A DNA stretch of 63,218 nt, counting the filler, from Candidatus Sysuiplasma jiujiangense (GTDB lineage Archaea > Thermoplasmatota > Thermoplasmata > Sysuiplasmatales > Sysuiplasmataceae): NCBI GenBank assembly GCA_019721075.1. It is 10 parts of 10 records of this genome, joined end to end, with 100 filler letters (N's around TTAATTAATTAA, not from the genome) between each part and the next. Parts side by side here need not be neighbours in the genome. Positions count along the whole stretch, not along the records: positions 14,881 to 21,971 come from JAHEAD010000035.1; positions 22,072 to 28,839 come from JAHEAD010000037.1; 8 more parts are not named here. One strand, 5' to 3'. Within the stretch, counting starts at the first letter, position 1. The number at the start of each line of letters is the position of its first letter. The notes under the pieces are model-generated. The model made no database searches. It was not told the origin of the DNA and saw only the letters and a list, made by a program, of their open reading frames with translations. Shown piece after piece: positions 18,625 through 27,757 of this stretch. Both the position numbers and the translations under genes were made by a program.

Positions 18625-19736
18625 AGATGAGGCTGCTTGTGGTTCCGATACTTTTCCTTCTGTTTGTGGGAATGATTGCGGTACCGCAAGCGAATGCCTC
18701 AACGCCTCCTTCGGTGCATTTTGATTCGAGTCCGATCACTACATGGTACAACGAGACACCTTATGAATATCCAGCATCAATATCGGCACCGTATAACTGG
18801 ACTCTCAAGACGAATGCATCCCTGCACATGACAGGTGGCAATACGGTGAATGACACGGCAGCACAGACCGTGTTTGGCATTCTTTCAACAGGCAGCTACT
18901 GGGTCAATCTTTCGATTACTTATCACAATGCCACCAACGTAACCACATTGCTGACCTACCAGAATTTCACGTTGACAATCCTCAACAAGCCTTACATATA
19001 TTCAACTCCCGAAACCTTCTTCTATCAGGATTCCACCTATAACTACACCTATGAGATCAATCAGGGAAACATCACCAACTATTCTTCCGGATTCACGTTG
19101 AACAAGACTGCCCATACGCTGTCTGAGTATCTGTCTGGAACCTCATATTCTTTCTTTATTACGGTTTCAGATAAGAATGGAACATATACACAATACTGGG
19201 GGGCCAGCACGAACAGTACATACAGTTATTCTTTCACCGCAAATCTTAGTGGAACCGCAGTAAGTGTCAAATCGATGATCACAGATATTGGGGTAAACAA
19301 CACGAGCCTTCTTATGGATTCAGGTCCGGTCCTATCCGTTCCCCGCACCTCCTATTCATACTCGTTCGTTATCATGAGCCCAACAGTGTATTCTATCTCG
19401 ACATCCTCCGCACTTGCGCCTAATGTTACTCTTTCTTTCAATCTTCTGGCACCCGGGTCTTATAATGTCTTCATGATCAGCAATGTGTCTGGAACAACCA
19501 TAGTGCTCAACAACGTCAGCTCTACAGGGACAGTCAACATAACCTACGATCCGGCCACGATGCCACTGGACCCTGTATTCGAGGTTTCGCCTTCCATCGC
19601 TGCGCCTCCTCCATACCAACCTGTGCAGCCCAATCCTCCAATGAATTTCTTCCCCGCGTATGTCTTCTATATCCTCCTTGCAGCGTCGGCAGCAGGTGTG
19701 GCTGTCGGTATATACATCATGATTCGCCGCAGATGA
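18621..19736 (+). CDS. Sec-exported, C-terminally anchored surface glycoprotein
   Basis: Signal peptide ending ANA; S/T/Y/N-rich with many sequons; Pro-rich linker; TM followed by RRR; stop lies inside the repeat. Confidence 0.85.
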   Translation: MKMRLLVVPILFLLFVGMIAVPQANASTPPSVHFDSSPITTWYNETPYEYPASISAPYNWTLKTNASLHMTGGNTVNDTAAQTVFGILSTGSYWVNLSITYHNATNVTTLLTYQNFTLTILNKPYIYSTPETFFYQDSTYNYTYEINQGNITNYSSGFTLNKTAHTLSEYLSGTSYSFFITVSDKNGTYTQYWGASTNSTYSYSFTANLSGTAVSVKSMITDIGVNNTSLLMDSGPVLSVPRTSYSYSFVIMSPTVYSISTSSALAPNVTLSFNLLAPGSYNVFMISNVSGTTIVLNNVSSTGTVNITYDPATMPLDPVFEVSPSIAAPPPYQPVQPNPPMNFFPAYVFYILLAASAAGVAVGIYIMIRRR

Positions 19737-19833
19737 ATGTATATATAACCCATTGAATATATCCATTCACAGTTTCTGGGGAAGTGAGCTATCGAGCCCC
19801 AGAAACTTGGATGGCTTCTTTCCCAGGAATTAG
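19727..19833 (+). repeat. 107-bp structured direct repeat, right copy (contig 3)
   Basis: Differs from 15203-15309 at only a few positions, in the spacer and hairpin loop. Confidence 0.95.
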
Positions 19834-19852
19834 GAAAAATGGAGGGATAATC

Positions 19853-19925
19853 TCTCAAGGAATCGGCTTTCTGATGTTACATTCCAGTGGCTCGGACAGG
19901 CGATCTCCCTGTTGGATTCCTGAGA
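19853..19925 (+). promoter_or_regulatory. Predicted branched structured leader ending 2 nt before the ATG of the 387-aa gene (also 40126-40198)
   Basis: TCTCA(A)GGAATC pairs with GATTCCTGAGA and encloses GACAGG/CCTGTT; conserved in both copies. Confidence 0.45.
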
Positions 19926-19926
19926 C

Positions 19927-21090
19927 ATGAAAACAAACACAAGACTTTGGGTAATAATAATAGGCTTGCTTATTGTCTTCGCAGGTGCATTTGGTATCCT
20001 CGTCATTGGCGGGGAAGCTGCGCAGGCAAAAAGCAACGGCGGTTTGAACGTAGTAAAGGACTATAACGTTGGAAATGAGGTATCCGAGATTTGGGGCCTT
20101 AATACGACAGCGCACACATGGAAGCAGGCGACCCTTACGGGAGCAGGAACAGACGCCATAACGGCGACATTCCCCGTGAAGTTCACGGTCGACCGGGTCA
20201 TAATAATGACCGACAACTCATCGCAATCCGTGTATGATCTCTTGGTGAAGAGTGCGTATTATGAGTACACCGACCTGACAAGTTCCGGCGGAAAGATAAC
20301 GAACCTGTACCAGTATTTCGGCCAGTATGTCAACGACTCCGGCACGACCTCGATAAGCGACAAGGGCATAACAGGATATGCGTTGAACTTCTCGCTCTAC
20401 GGTCCGAGCACGGATCTCTTTGGCCATAACCCGGCTGTCAACCTTCTACAACTATTCGCATCTCCATGGTCCGGAACGGCACAGTACCAGCTGGAAGTCA
20501 ACTCATCCGTGAATGCAACAACGGCATTCAGCTTCACCTTCACCCAGTACTTCGAGTCATCAGTGAGCTTCAACCTCGTGGATCTCGTCAGCTATTTCAT
20601 GCTTGCCTTCCTCCTGCTGGGAACGCTCTTCCTGTGGTACGCCACGCCTGAGCACTACGGCGATGAGGAAGAAAGATCAGCAGCGAAGCAGGCCCGGAAC
20701 GAGCTTCCGCTTGCAATCATAATCGGTGCGGTAGGCCTGTTCATCTTCGCGGTCGTCGGTGAGATGGGAAACATATCTCCGCTCTTCGGCTATGGCGGTG
20801 CAACGATGGGCCTGCTCGTTGGAGGATTGCTCACATTCGCGTACACTGCAGTCGCCACAAGGCAGAAATACCACTATACGGCGTTCGTATTCCTGGTTGG
20901 CGAGGCTCTGGGCATACTCCTTAACATACTGGTGCCTGATGGAACAATCTACGCGAACTATGCCGCATCGGCGAACGTCCTTGGATCTCTCCTTGGATGG
21001 TACGTTGTGGTATTCGCGCTCTTCCTGACCGTCATCGGCGTGCTGAACACGAAGAGGTACAAGCTGCGTCCAAGAGAGCACAGGGAGTGA
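19927..21090 (+). CDS. Multi-pass membrane protein with ectodomain (TM-ectodomain-TM-4TM), putative major envelope protein
   Basis: 387 aa; near-identical to 40200-41363; same architecture and motifs as 51560-52729. Confidence 0.85.
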   Translation: MKTNTRLWVIIIGLLIVFAGAFGILVIGGEAAQAKSNGGLNVVKDYNVGNEVSEIWGLNTTAHTWKQATLTGAGTDAITATFPVKFTVDRVIIMTDNSSQSVYDLLVKSAYYEYTDLTSSGGKITNLYQYFGQYVNDSGTTSISDKGITGYALNFSLYGPSTDLFGHNPAVNLLQLFASPWSGTAQYQLEVNSSVNATTAFSFTFTQYFESSVSFNLVDLVSYFMLAFLLLGTLFLWYATPEHYGDEEERSAAKQARNELPLAIIIGAVGLFIFAVVGEMGNISPLFGYGGATMGLLVGGLLTFAYTAVATRQKYHYTAFVFLVGEALGILLNILVPDGTIYANYAASANVLGSLLGWYVVVFALFLTVIGVLNTKRYKLRPREHRE

Positions 21091-21095
21091 TCTGA

Positions 21096-21413
21096 TTGGC
21101 AGATGAGGAAGAGGAAGTATCTTCTGGCTTCGAGCTGACGACAGACGAGATTTTCATTCTCGTAGCCGTCGTGCTTGCGGCAGCTGTCTTCCTCGCCTTA
21201 TATCTGGACCAGCAGGCAGTTGCGGGAATCGGTGTCGGGATCGTCTCGGGTTTCGCATCCCCTATCACCGCGTTCTTCAACGGCATAGCGCAGGCAATAT
21301 CCGCGTTCTTCAACTGGATAAGCCATGCGCTGTCGAGCCTGTGGGTCCTGAAGGCCCGGTTGTATATGACCGTGCTTTCAACCAAAAAAATTTATCTTTT
21401 TGTCATGAGGTGA
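21096..21413 (+). CDS. Small membrane protein (acidic N-terminus, TM, amphipathic helix), putative virion protein
   Basis: TTG start after GGAGTGA; GIGVGIVSGF resembles GTIGLGFISAV in 50804-51184. Confidence 0.75.
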   Translation: MADEEEEVSSGFELTTDEIFILVAVVLAAAVFLALYLDQQAVAGIGVGIVSGFASPITAFFNGIAQAISAFFNWISHALSSLWVLKARLYMTVLSTKKIYLFVMR

Positions 21414-21417
21414 AAAT

Positions 21418-21705
21418 ATTTTAGCACCTAAGCCAAAGGGTTCTTCCGTTGCGGCGGAACTCATTCTTTATATTATCCTTGCAGTCATCATTATCGCAAT
21501 CGTATATGCCATCGTCTTTGACTCGTCGGCACTCGGCCCGGTTGGCATTGGAGTCGCAGGATCCTTCGGCTCGATATTCTCGTCATTTGCCAATGGCATC
21601 TCGACCGTGATAGAAGGCATTGTCCATGCAATCGTCAATGCTATAACGGGCGCCCTGAGTTCAACCGGCTCTTACCTTTACAAGCACACGATAGGAGCGC
21701 TCTGA
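21418..21705 (+). CDS. Small membrane protein paralogous to 21096-21413; no canonical start (absent from ORF track)
   Basis: Open frame (I)LAPKPKGSSVAAELILYIILAVIIIAIVYAIVFDSSALGPVGIGVAGSFGSIF...HTIGAL*; GAGGTGA RBS at 21407-21413; TGATG overlap with the next gene. Confidence 0.75.
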   Translation: MLAPKPKGSSVAAELILYIILAVIIIAIVYAIVFDSSALGPVGIGVAGSFGSIFSSFANGISTVIEGIVHAIVNAITGALSSTGSYLYKHTIGAL

Positions 21706-21932
21706 TGCGCCCGATATCATTCCTCATAGGCCTCTTCCTTCTCCTCTTCATCGGCTATGAGCTGCTCACGGGAAACAGGATTCAGGAGATCATGTTTCTC
21801 GCTGTCGCAGGAAATTTCATATCGGCAGGCTACTTCAAGGTGAGCACCACCTATACGATCCTCTTCTTCGTTCTGCTCATTTTCGCAACGTTTTCTCTCC
21901 TCTACGGACTCGGATCAAGTGATGAAAAGTGA
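21705..21932 (+). CDS. Small two-TM protein
   Basis: 75 aa; aligns by eye with 50569-50799. Confidence 0.75.
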   Translation: MRPISFLIGLFLLLFIGYELLTGNRIQEIMFLAVAGNFISAGYFKVSTTYTILFFVLLIFATFSLLYGLGSSDEK

Positions 21933-22072
21933 AGAAGTCTGAGCACCGTGAGGAGGAACGCAGGCGGGCCANNNNNNNNNNNNNNNNNNNNNNNNNNNNN
22001 NNNNNNNNNNNNNNNTTAATTAATTAANNNNNNNNNNNNNNNNNNNNNNNNNNNNNNNNNNNNNNNNNNNNG

Positions 22073-23134
22073 ATAACGGAACAGGCCATAAACAGCACGA
22101 ACCATGGCATAATCCTGAACCCCATCAGCCAGCCGGGGAATTTGATACCGGGGCAGAATGCAACATGGCTTCTGGATCCGGAATTCAGGAACGGAACTCT
22201 CCTGACGCCATCGCAGATACAGAATTCAACCTTCCAGTTCATCATAACAAATTCATCGGGTTTCTTCCTGCCAGAAATCATCAACCACACAGTGGATCAG
22301 GGATACCTCAGGGTTACATTTTTGCCAACAGTCAACGGGTCGATGACGTTCGCCATGAAGGAAACGTTCGGCAACAACTCAGGGTCCTATTCTTATCAGG
22401 TAAATGTTATCCCGATCACACCAGTTTCGGTAGGCCTCCAGGAAAGTGTCAGCGTTCCATCAGTAATCCAGGTCAATAATGCCACCGTCGGGACCATCAC
22501 GTTCTCGCTCATTTCCGGTGGGTCTGTGGGTCTTGCGCCGACGTCCTCCCAGACGGATGCCCTGATAGCCAATACGTCGGTGGAGCTCCTGTACCATGGA
22601 TCATTCGCCGCAGTCATACTGCCGTACTATGACGGGGCGGGAGTGGCGGCATTCTCCGTGAATATCTCCTCAGTGGGAACCGGATACTCGATCCTGGTCA
22701 TAACCCATTCCACCAATATCTCGGGGCAGGCAGTCCGCTTCACAGGTACATCCCAGGAATTCACTGTCTCCACACAGTCGCCGTCAAACCCGCCCCAGCC
22801 CATAACGAGCCTGAGCATCGAGAAATTCCTCACCAGCCCTGCGGCAATCGCCCTGGAATTCATTGCCACCATCATAGGCCTCCTGGCATGGCTCGTCCCC
22901 AAGGCGGACGCAAAGAAGGAGAAGGAGAAGGAGGACCTGAACCAGGCTGAGATAGTGGTTGAGGGCGGCATCGCACTGAAGATCCTGGGCGGCATTCCCC
23001 TCTCGACGCCCGAACAGGCATGGTGGAATGCAATTCCTGAGGATACCCGGAAAGGCTTGATGAGGGAGGGGACGGCAGGCAAGAGGACCCTGTTCCCCAA
23101 ACCAAAGATAAAGGCAGAAAAGAAGGTTGATTGA
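22073..23134 (+). CDS. C-terminal part of a large membrane-anchored surface protein (5' truncated)
   Basis: Frame open from the contig start; beta-rich and sequon-rich; TM followed by a charged cytoplasmic tail. Confidence 0.8.
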   Translation: MTEQAINSTNHGIILNPISQPGNLIPGQNATWLLDPEFRNGTLLTPSQIQNSTFQFIITNSSGFFLPEIINHTVDQGYLRVTFLPTVNGSMTFAMKETFGNNSGSYSYQVNVIPITPVSVGLQESVSVPSVIQVNNATVGTITFSLISGGSVGLAPTSSQTDALIANTSVELLYHGSFAAVILPYYDGAGVAAFSVNISSVGTGYSILVITHSTNISGQAVRFTGTSQEFTVSTQSPSNPPQPITSLSIEKFLTSPAAIALEFIATIIGLLAWLVPKADAKKEKEKEDLNQAEIVVEGGIALKILGGIPLSTPEQAWWNAIPEDTRKGLMREGTAGKRTLFPKPKIKAEKKVD

Positions 23135-23806
23135 ATGAGAAAAAGCATGAAAATATTTGGATTGGCCATTGTGATAGCATTCGTGTCGGCCGCAGCTGCG
23201 GCAATGACGGCTCATACGGGAGTGGAGACGGGACCGGCAGCAGTCCAGGCAATGCCTGATGTGGCAGGGAACCTGACTAACGGTACGGACCCGGCATACT
23301 CGGAGATAAACATGTACATCTTCGCCGAGGATCCGGGCCTGCAGCTGTACATCACTGCGGAGCCCGGAGTGGTGGCGCCCATGCTCACGACCTTTTCCGC
23401 GACGCTGCATGCCCCCGGGAACAGTTCATGGTATGTCACGGACAGCGCCCTCAACGGGGGAAGCACCGTGCTCGACAGCGGGACATTCTCATACGTCACG
23501 ACGATCACGCTCCAGGGCACGAACTCCGGAGTTGCCAACTTTACTTTCCACATCACCTCCGGATCCCTTGGCCATGCCATGGCATTCTCATACCTCCTGG
23601 AGTTCATGTCTCCCACCACGTATATCAGCTACGAGCACCAGAAGACCGTGGCTCCGGGGGAGCTGACGTATGGGCAGGGAGGTGAGATAGCCGCGGGAGG
23701 CATAGTTCTGGGCCTTGGCCTCCTGAGGCTCTTCCTGCCGGTGATGCGCAGGAAGATACAGAAGGACAACAAGAAAGAGGGGATGGTGCTGCTTGCCTCA
23801 AACTGA
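23135..23806 (+). CDS. Signal peptide, ectodomain and C-terminal TM protein
   Basis: 223 aa; homologous to 49921-50568 (LEFMSPTTYISY vs IQVVTLTQYINY before the TM and basic tail). Confidence 0.8.
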   Translation: MRKSMKIFGLAIVIAFVSAAAAAMTAHTGVETGPAAVQAMPDVAGNLTNGTDPAYSEINMYIFAEDPGLQLYITAEPGVVAPMLTTFSATLHAPGNSSWYVTDSALNGGSTVLDSGTFSYVTTITLQGTNSGVANFTFHITSGSLGHAMAFSYLLEFMSPTTYISYEHQKTVAPGELTYGQGGEIAAGGIVLGLGLLRLFLPVMRRKIQKDNKKEGMVLLASN

Positions 23807-25016
23807 GGACGAGAAGAACGAGCAGATGAACCCGGACGAGGGAGGGCCTTTCCGCCTGGGAAAGCTCATAGGCACAAATAAAAGGGAAGTCACGCCGGAT
23901 GCCACCAAGCTCACGATAGTCAACATTGAGGACACAGCCGGATACGGCGCAAGATTCAGGGACTGGTTCCTGCGGAACAACGGGCCGGCGACCCTTCTCA
24001 TAATGCTGGTCGTGATCATATCCTACGTCGTCCCCTCAGAGTATTTTCCCCAGGCGACGGAGCTGGTGTTCGGGATGGTCCTCATGGCCATAGTGCTCGC
24101 CCTCATCTCCGCATACGAATATGAGAGGAGGCAGGACAGGCACCACAACATCTTCGTGGACCAGATCAGGATCAAGCTGAAGGAGACGGTTGTGGCAAGG
24201 GAGAAGACCAAGGAGGGTGGCGTGGAGACCAAGGTGATAGTCCCCAAGATCACGGAACGGAGGATCTACCTGGCGAAGGACTACATGTTCGAGGGAAAGA
24301 AAGGCGACCCGTACAGGATAGAGAAGTACAACTGCCAGATTGTGGGGGAGTTCGGGAAGATCATCGACGTTTCATACGTGGACGAGACCGGAAGGATACT
24401 GATCGGAGAAGGGGAAGGCGACATCCCCTCAGGCCTCATAGTCAAGATAGCATACCCGTCAAGGACGGAGCTGTCAGAGGAAGTGAAGAAGGCCGAGAAG
24501 CTCAGGAAGGAGGGCGGCATCCCGGAGAAGGAGTTCCTTGAGTTCAAGGGGGCGGTGGACCAGTACAACCTGTGGAGGGATCAGGTCATAGAGAAGGCCA
24601 CCAAGCATGGGATCTCCATGATTGACATCGATGCGATGAACAGGAAGCAGAGATCATTCTTCGTTGCCCTTGCGAAGGACTCCGTCAGCTACTGGCGGGG
24701 AGAGGCGCAGGACCCGGTTTCGCTCCAGGAGTACAAACAAATGGATCCGTCCATCCTGATGCCGAAGCTCCTCAATATCATCAGGGATCAAAACGACTAC
24801 AGGGCAGACAAGCTGGACTACATGATCAACAGGGAATCCGATAAGATAGAGGCAGAGATCGGGGCCACGTTCAACATCGCAAGGATGGATGGCCGCAGCA
24901 AGGAGGCGGTTGAGCAGTTCCTGGTTGAGCAGAGAAAGGCCCTCGTGTCAGTCCAGAGCAAGACCGAAAAGGAAATGGAGGAAGAGGTAAATGGCCGAGG
25001 AGAAGACACAGAATAA
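23793..25016 (+). CDS. Two-TM protein with large charged cytoplasmic domain
   Basis: 407 aa; same position and architecture as 48706-49878. Confidence 0.8.
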   Translation: MPQTEDEKNEQMNPDEGGPFRLGKLIGTNKREVTPDATKLTIVNIEDTAGYGARFRDWFLRNNGPATLLIMLVVIISYVVPSEYFPQATELVFGMVLMAIVLALISAYEYERRQDRHHNIFVDQIRIKLKETVVAREKTKEGGVETKVIVPKITERRIYLAKDYMFEGKKGDPYRIEKYNCQIVGEFGKIIDVSYVDETGRILIGEGEGDIPSGLIVKIAYPSRTELSEEVKKAEKLRKEGGIPEKEFLEFKGAVDQYNLWRDQVIEKATKHGISMIDIDAMNRKQRSFFVALAKDSVSYWRGEAQDPVSLQEYKQMDPSILMPKLLNIIRDQNDYRADKLDYMINRESDKIEAEIGATFNIARMDGRSKEAVEQFLVEQRKALVSVQSKTEKEMEEEVNGRGEDTE

Positions 25017-25437
25017 GGCACCCCCGTCACTGGTCCCCGAGGTGAAGAGGAAGATCATGGCCATCCTGGTTGGATCGGGCATGGATCCCGCTTTGGTGGA
25101 TATCATAAGCGTCATGGACCCATTCAAGATCCAGCTGTTCATAGGCCTGTACCAGGCATACTCGAGCATGCCTGACTACGTCCGGAAGAGGGCAGAGGAG
25201 ATCCTCAACATTGACATGGCCGATCCGCACATCAAGAAGCTCCTTGAGGATGATGTCAACAGGGGAGCGTGGGACAGGGAAAAATACCTGGACTGGGCAT
25301 CCGGATTCTACCGGAAGGTTCTGGTCATGAGGTTCGTTAAGACTGCAATGCATGAGTACATGAACACCCTCGCATCCTCCCAGGAGAGGGCGAGTTTAAT
25401 CCTGACCACTCAGCCGGATAAGGTGAGGATAGCATGA
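24991..25437 (+). CDS. Hypothetical protein
   Basis: 148 aa; GAGGT RBS; overlaps both neighbours. Confidence 0.7.
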   Translation: MAEEKTQNKAPPSLVPEVKRKIMAILVGSGMDPALVDIISVMDPFKIQLFIGLYQAYSSMPDYVRKRAEEILNIDMADPHIKKLLEDDVNRGAWDREKYLDWASGFYRKVLVMRFVKTAMHEYMNTLASSQERASLILTTQPDKVRIA

Positions 25438-25847
25438 TTCCTGGCGACCAGTTCATCGACCCGAACCAGCAGGAGGCACTGCGAAGAAGGGCTGCCTGTT
25501 TCGACTTCATGGTCGAGAACGCCAGGAGGGGATCCGGTATCCATGTCTGGGACGCCCAGGTCCTTGCGACCCTGGTATCCATCCTGTACAGATCGCTTCC
25601 GGTGAAGAATACGTCCCCCCGGGAGATAGGCGAGAGATTTGAGGAGGACTGGTATGCATACCGGCGCAGGGTCGACGACCTCTCCACAGACGGGAAGATA
25701 AGCAGGGACGAGTATGCCTTCAGGGTGTGGTCCGAGACCGCAGATTTCATAGAACGATGCACGACATTCATGAATGACACGCTCTTCGTCCGCCTCGAGA
25801 AGAGGAAGAAGGAGCCCACGGTGGGGGCGGCCTATGAGCCAAAGTGA
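25434..25847 (+). CDS. Hypothetical protein
   Basis: 137 aa; ATGA coupling; GGTGAGG RBS. Confidence 0.7.
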   Translation: MIPGDQFIDPNQQEALRRRAACFDFMVENARRGSGIHVWDAQVLATLVSILYRSLPVKNTSPREIGERFEEDWYAYRRRVDDLSTDGKISRDEYAFRVWSETADFIERCTTFMNDTLFVRLEKRKKEPTVGAAYEPK

Positions 25848-26718
25848 TGACTACGTCCTCCCCGGCTTCATGACCCTGGACAGGGCGGGGGAAGGTGGCC
25901 ACAATGCGATCCTGATGGGGGCTCCGGGGCAGGGAAAAACTTCCATCCTGCAGTACCTTTCCACCCTGGCAGTCCAGGGCAGGGACGTCTACGGCAATAG
26001 GAGGGAACCTCAGGCCGGGATATGGAGGGCAAGGCGCCATGACAAGTATCTCGAGTTCTTCGCCCTTGGAATAGGCAAGCTGATGCTCCCTGCAGGATCG
26101 TCATACACCCTGCAGAAGATCTATGCCGGAAACAGGATCGAGGAGATATCCGTCGACGACCTGGAGGATGCGGGGCTCGAGTATGCATTTTACGGCAGCC
26201 CGCAGGACGTGGTCGATAGCCTGGAGGTCGGGAAGATCCTCTGCATACTCTTTCCAGGCACAAGCATAGAGGAGACCAAATTTTACGCAGAGCTCTTCCA
26301 GGCCCTGGTCAACCGGAAGTCCCAGGAATGGGTGCACATGGCCATTGACGAGGCGGGGGACATCCTGGCGCCATACAATACGGATTCATACCGGATTCAG
26401 AAGCTCTTCATCGATTCGGTGGCTGATTTCAGGAAAACGGGCATCAACTCGGAATTCTCCTGCCATTCCTATACGGACCTGGACTACAGGATCCTCCCGA
26501 AACTGCCGTACCACATCTACAAGAGGGGAGCGAAGAGGATGCCCGCAGAGACCAAGAAGCTGAAGCAGGAGACAATCAACAGGACGGAGATCAGTGAGGC
26601 CTGGTTCACCACCGGGCCATTTTTCGACAAGCTGATTTTCCCGGAGATGAAGACCGAGGCGAAGCTGGACTTCAAGCTGCAGACCGTATCGAGGACCATG
26701 ACGGTGGAGACGGAATGA
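25834..26718 (+). CDS. P-loop ATPase, FtsK/HerA-superfamily-like (putative packaging or extrusion ATPase)
   Basis: Start moved to ATG 25834; Walker A GAPGQGKT, Walker B HMAIDE, downstream FRKTG arginine-finger-like motif. Confidence 0.8.
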   Translation: MSQSDDYVLPGFMTLDRAGEGGHNAILMGAPGQGKTSILQYLSTLAVQGRDVYGNRREPQAGIWRARRHDKYLEFFALGIGKLMLPAGSSYTLQKIYAGNRIEEISVDDLEDAGLEYAFYGSPQDVVDSLEVGKILCILFPGTSIEETKFYAELFQALVNRKSQEWVHMAIDEAGDILAPYNTDSYRIQKLFIDSVADFRKTGINSEFSCHSYTDLDYRILPKLPYHIYKRGAKRMPAETKKLKQETINRTEISEAWFTTGPFFDKLIFPEMKTEAKLDFKLQTVSRTMTVETE

Positions 26719-27347
26719 TCTACGCCCTTTATGCCCGTGTCAGCCACGACGACAACGTCCAGGATCCGGAAGTGCAGCTTGAGCCTATGAGGGAATACCT
26801 GAGGAAGAAGAGCATCAGCTGGAGGGAATACATAGATCTCGAGACGGGCAGGACCATCGAGAGGGAAGGATACCGGAAGGCCATGGCAGAGATCGAGGAA
26901 TGGGACACGTTCATGGTGTTCCTCCCCGACCGGCTGACAAGGGAGGGCCCGGAGAGAGGCATAACCGAGGTGACGAGGATCCTCGACGAAGGGAAGGCAT
27001 TCCAGATCTTCATGGGCGGCATCATTATCCAGGACAGGATGACCGCAATAACCCGAATGACACTCAGGACCTTGTTCACGATGGCAGCCTTTGAATCTGA
27101 CATCATTTCCGAGCGTACACGGGCGGGCCTCGACAAGCAGAGGGCGACCATAAGGGAACAGGGCTATACAATCAGCAAGAGGTCCGGGAAAAGGATCGTA
27201 GGACTGGGAAGAAGCCCCACAGTCAGCATAAAAATAGAGGATATCCTCCGGCTGAGGGACCAGGGCAAGTCGCTGTCGCAGATTGCAGCCGAGCTGGGCA
27301 GCAAGAAGTCAACCATTCACTCTATTTTGAAACGATCCTTCCGCTGA
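26715..27347 (+). CDS. Small serine recombinase (resolvase/invertase) with C-terminal HTH
   Basis: YARVS, Q, DRLTR, AAFESDIISERTRAGL, GR, GKSLSQIAAELG. Confidence 0.92.
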   Translation: MIYALYARVSHDDNVQDPEVQLEPMREYLRKKSISWREYIDLETGRTIEREGYRKAMAEIEEWDTFMVFLPDRLTREGPERGITEVTRILDEGKAFQIFMGGIIIQDRMTAITRMTLRTLFTMAAFESDIISERTRAGLDKQRATIREQGYTISKRSGKRIVGLGRSPTVSIKIEDILRLRDQGKSLSQIAAELGSKKSTIHSILKRSFR

Positions 27348-27352
27348 CCGGA

Positions 27353-27388
27353 TTACATGCATTACACATGTTACACATATTACATGGC
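27353..27388. repeat. Four tandem 9-bp units starting TTACA
   Basis: TTACATGCA TTACACATG TTACACATA TTACATGGC, immediately after the recombinase stop. Confidence 0.75.
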
Positions 27389-27757
27389 TGCTTGCCGCCA
27401 TGATTGCCCTTTTCATTCCCGGCGCTCCCGCAGCCGCCGAAGCAGCTTTCTATATATTCTTTCCCGATGGTTTTTTTGAAAATTTTCAGGCCAAATCGAA
27501 CGAAGGCGCACGCTTGGCGGACGACGCCCCATTCCCATGTGATGCCCATACCGCATTATTGCGGCTCTGCGGCGTTCACGGCTGCCTGGCATCGCCCGGA
27601 GTTCCGGACCCCCTTCCCCCGGATTTTTGGATCCATGCGATATTAATAAAGTAACATGATTTAGGGGGGGCGGGGGTCGAAAAAAAGACGAATTTCGGAA
27701 TGCCCCGGCATCAGGGAGATCAGGAATATTTTTAGTATGCGATCGCATGAATAAGCC

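Larger units (their letters stand above)
14881..21971 (+). mobile_element. Fragment of putative (pro)virus variant B carrying the Tat cassette and the start of the morphogenesis module
   Basis: Near-duplicate of 35464-41651; the 3' part is syntenic with 47484-52850. Confidence 0.65.
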
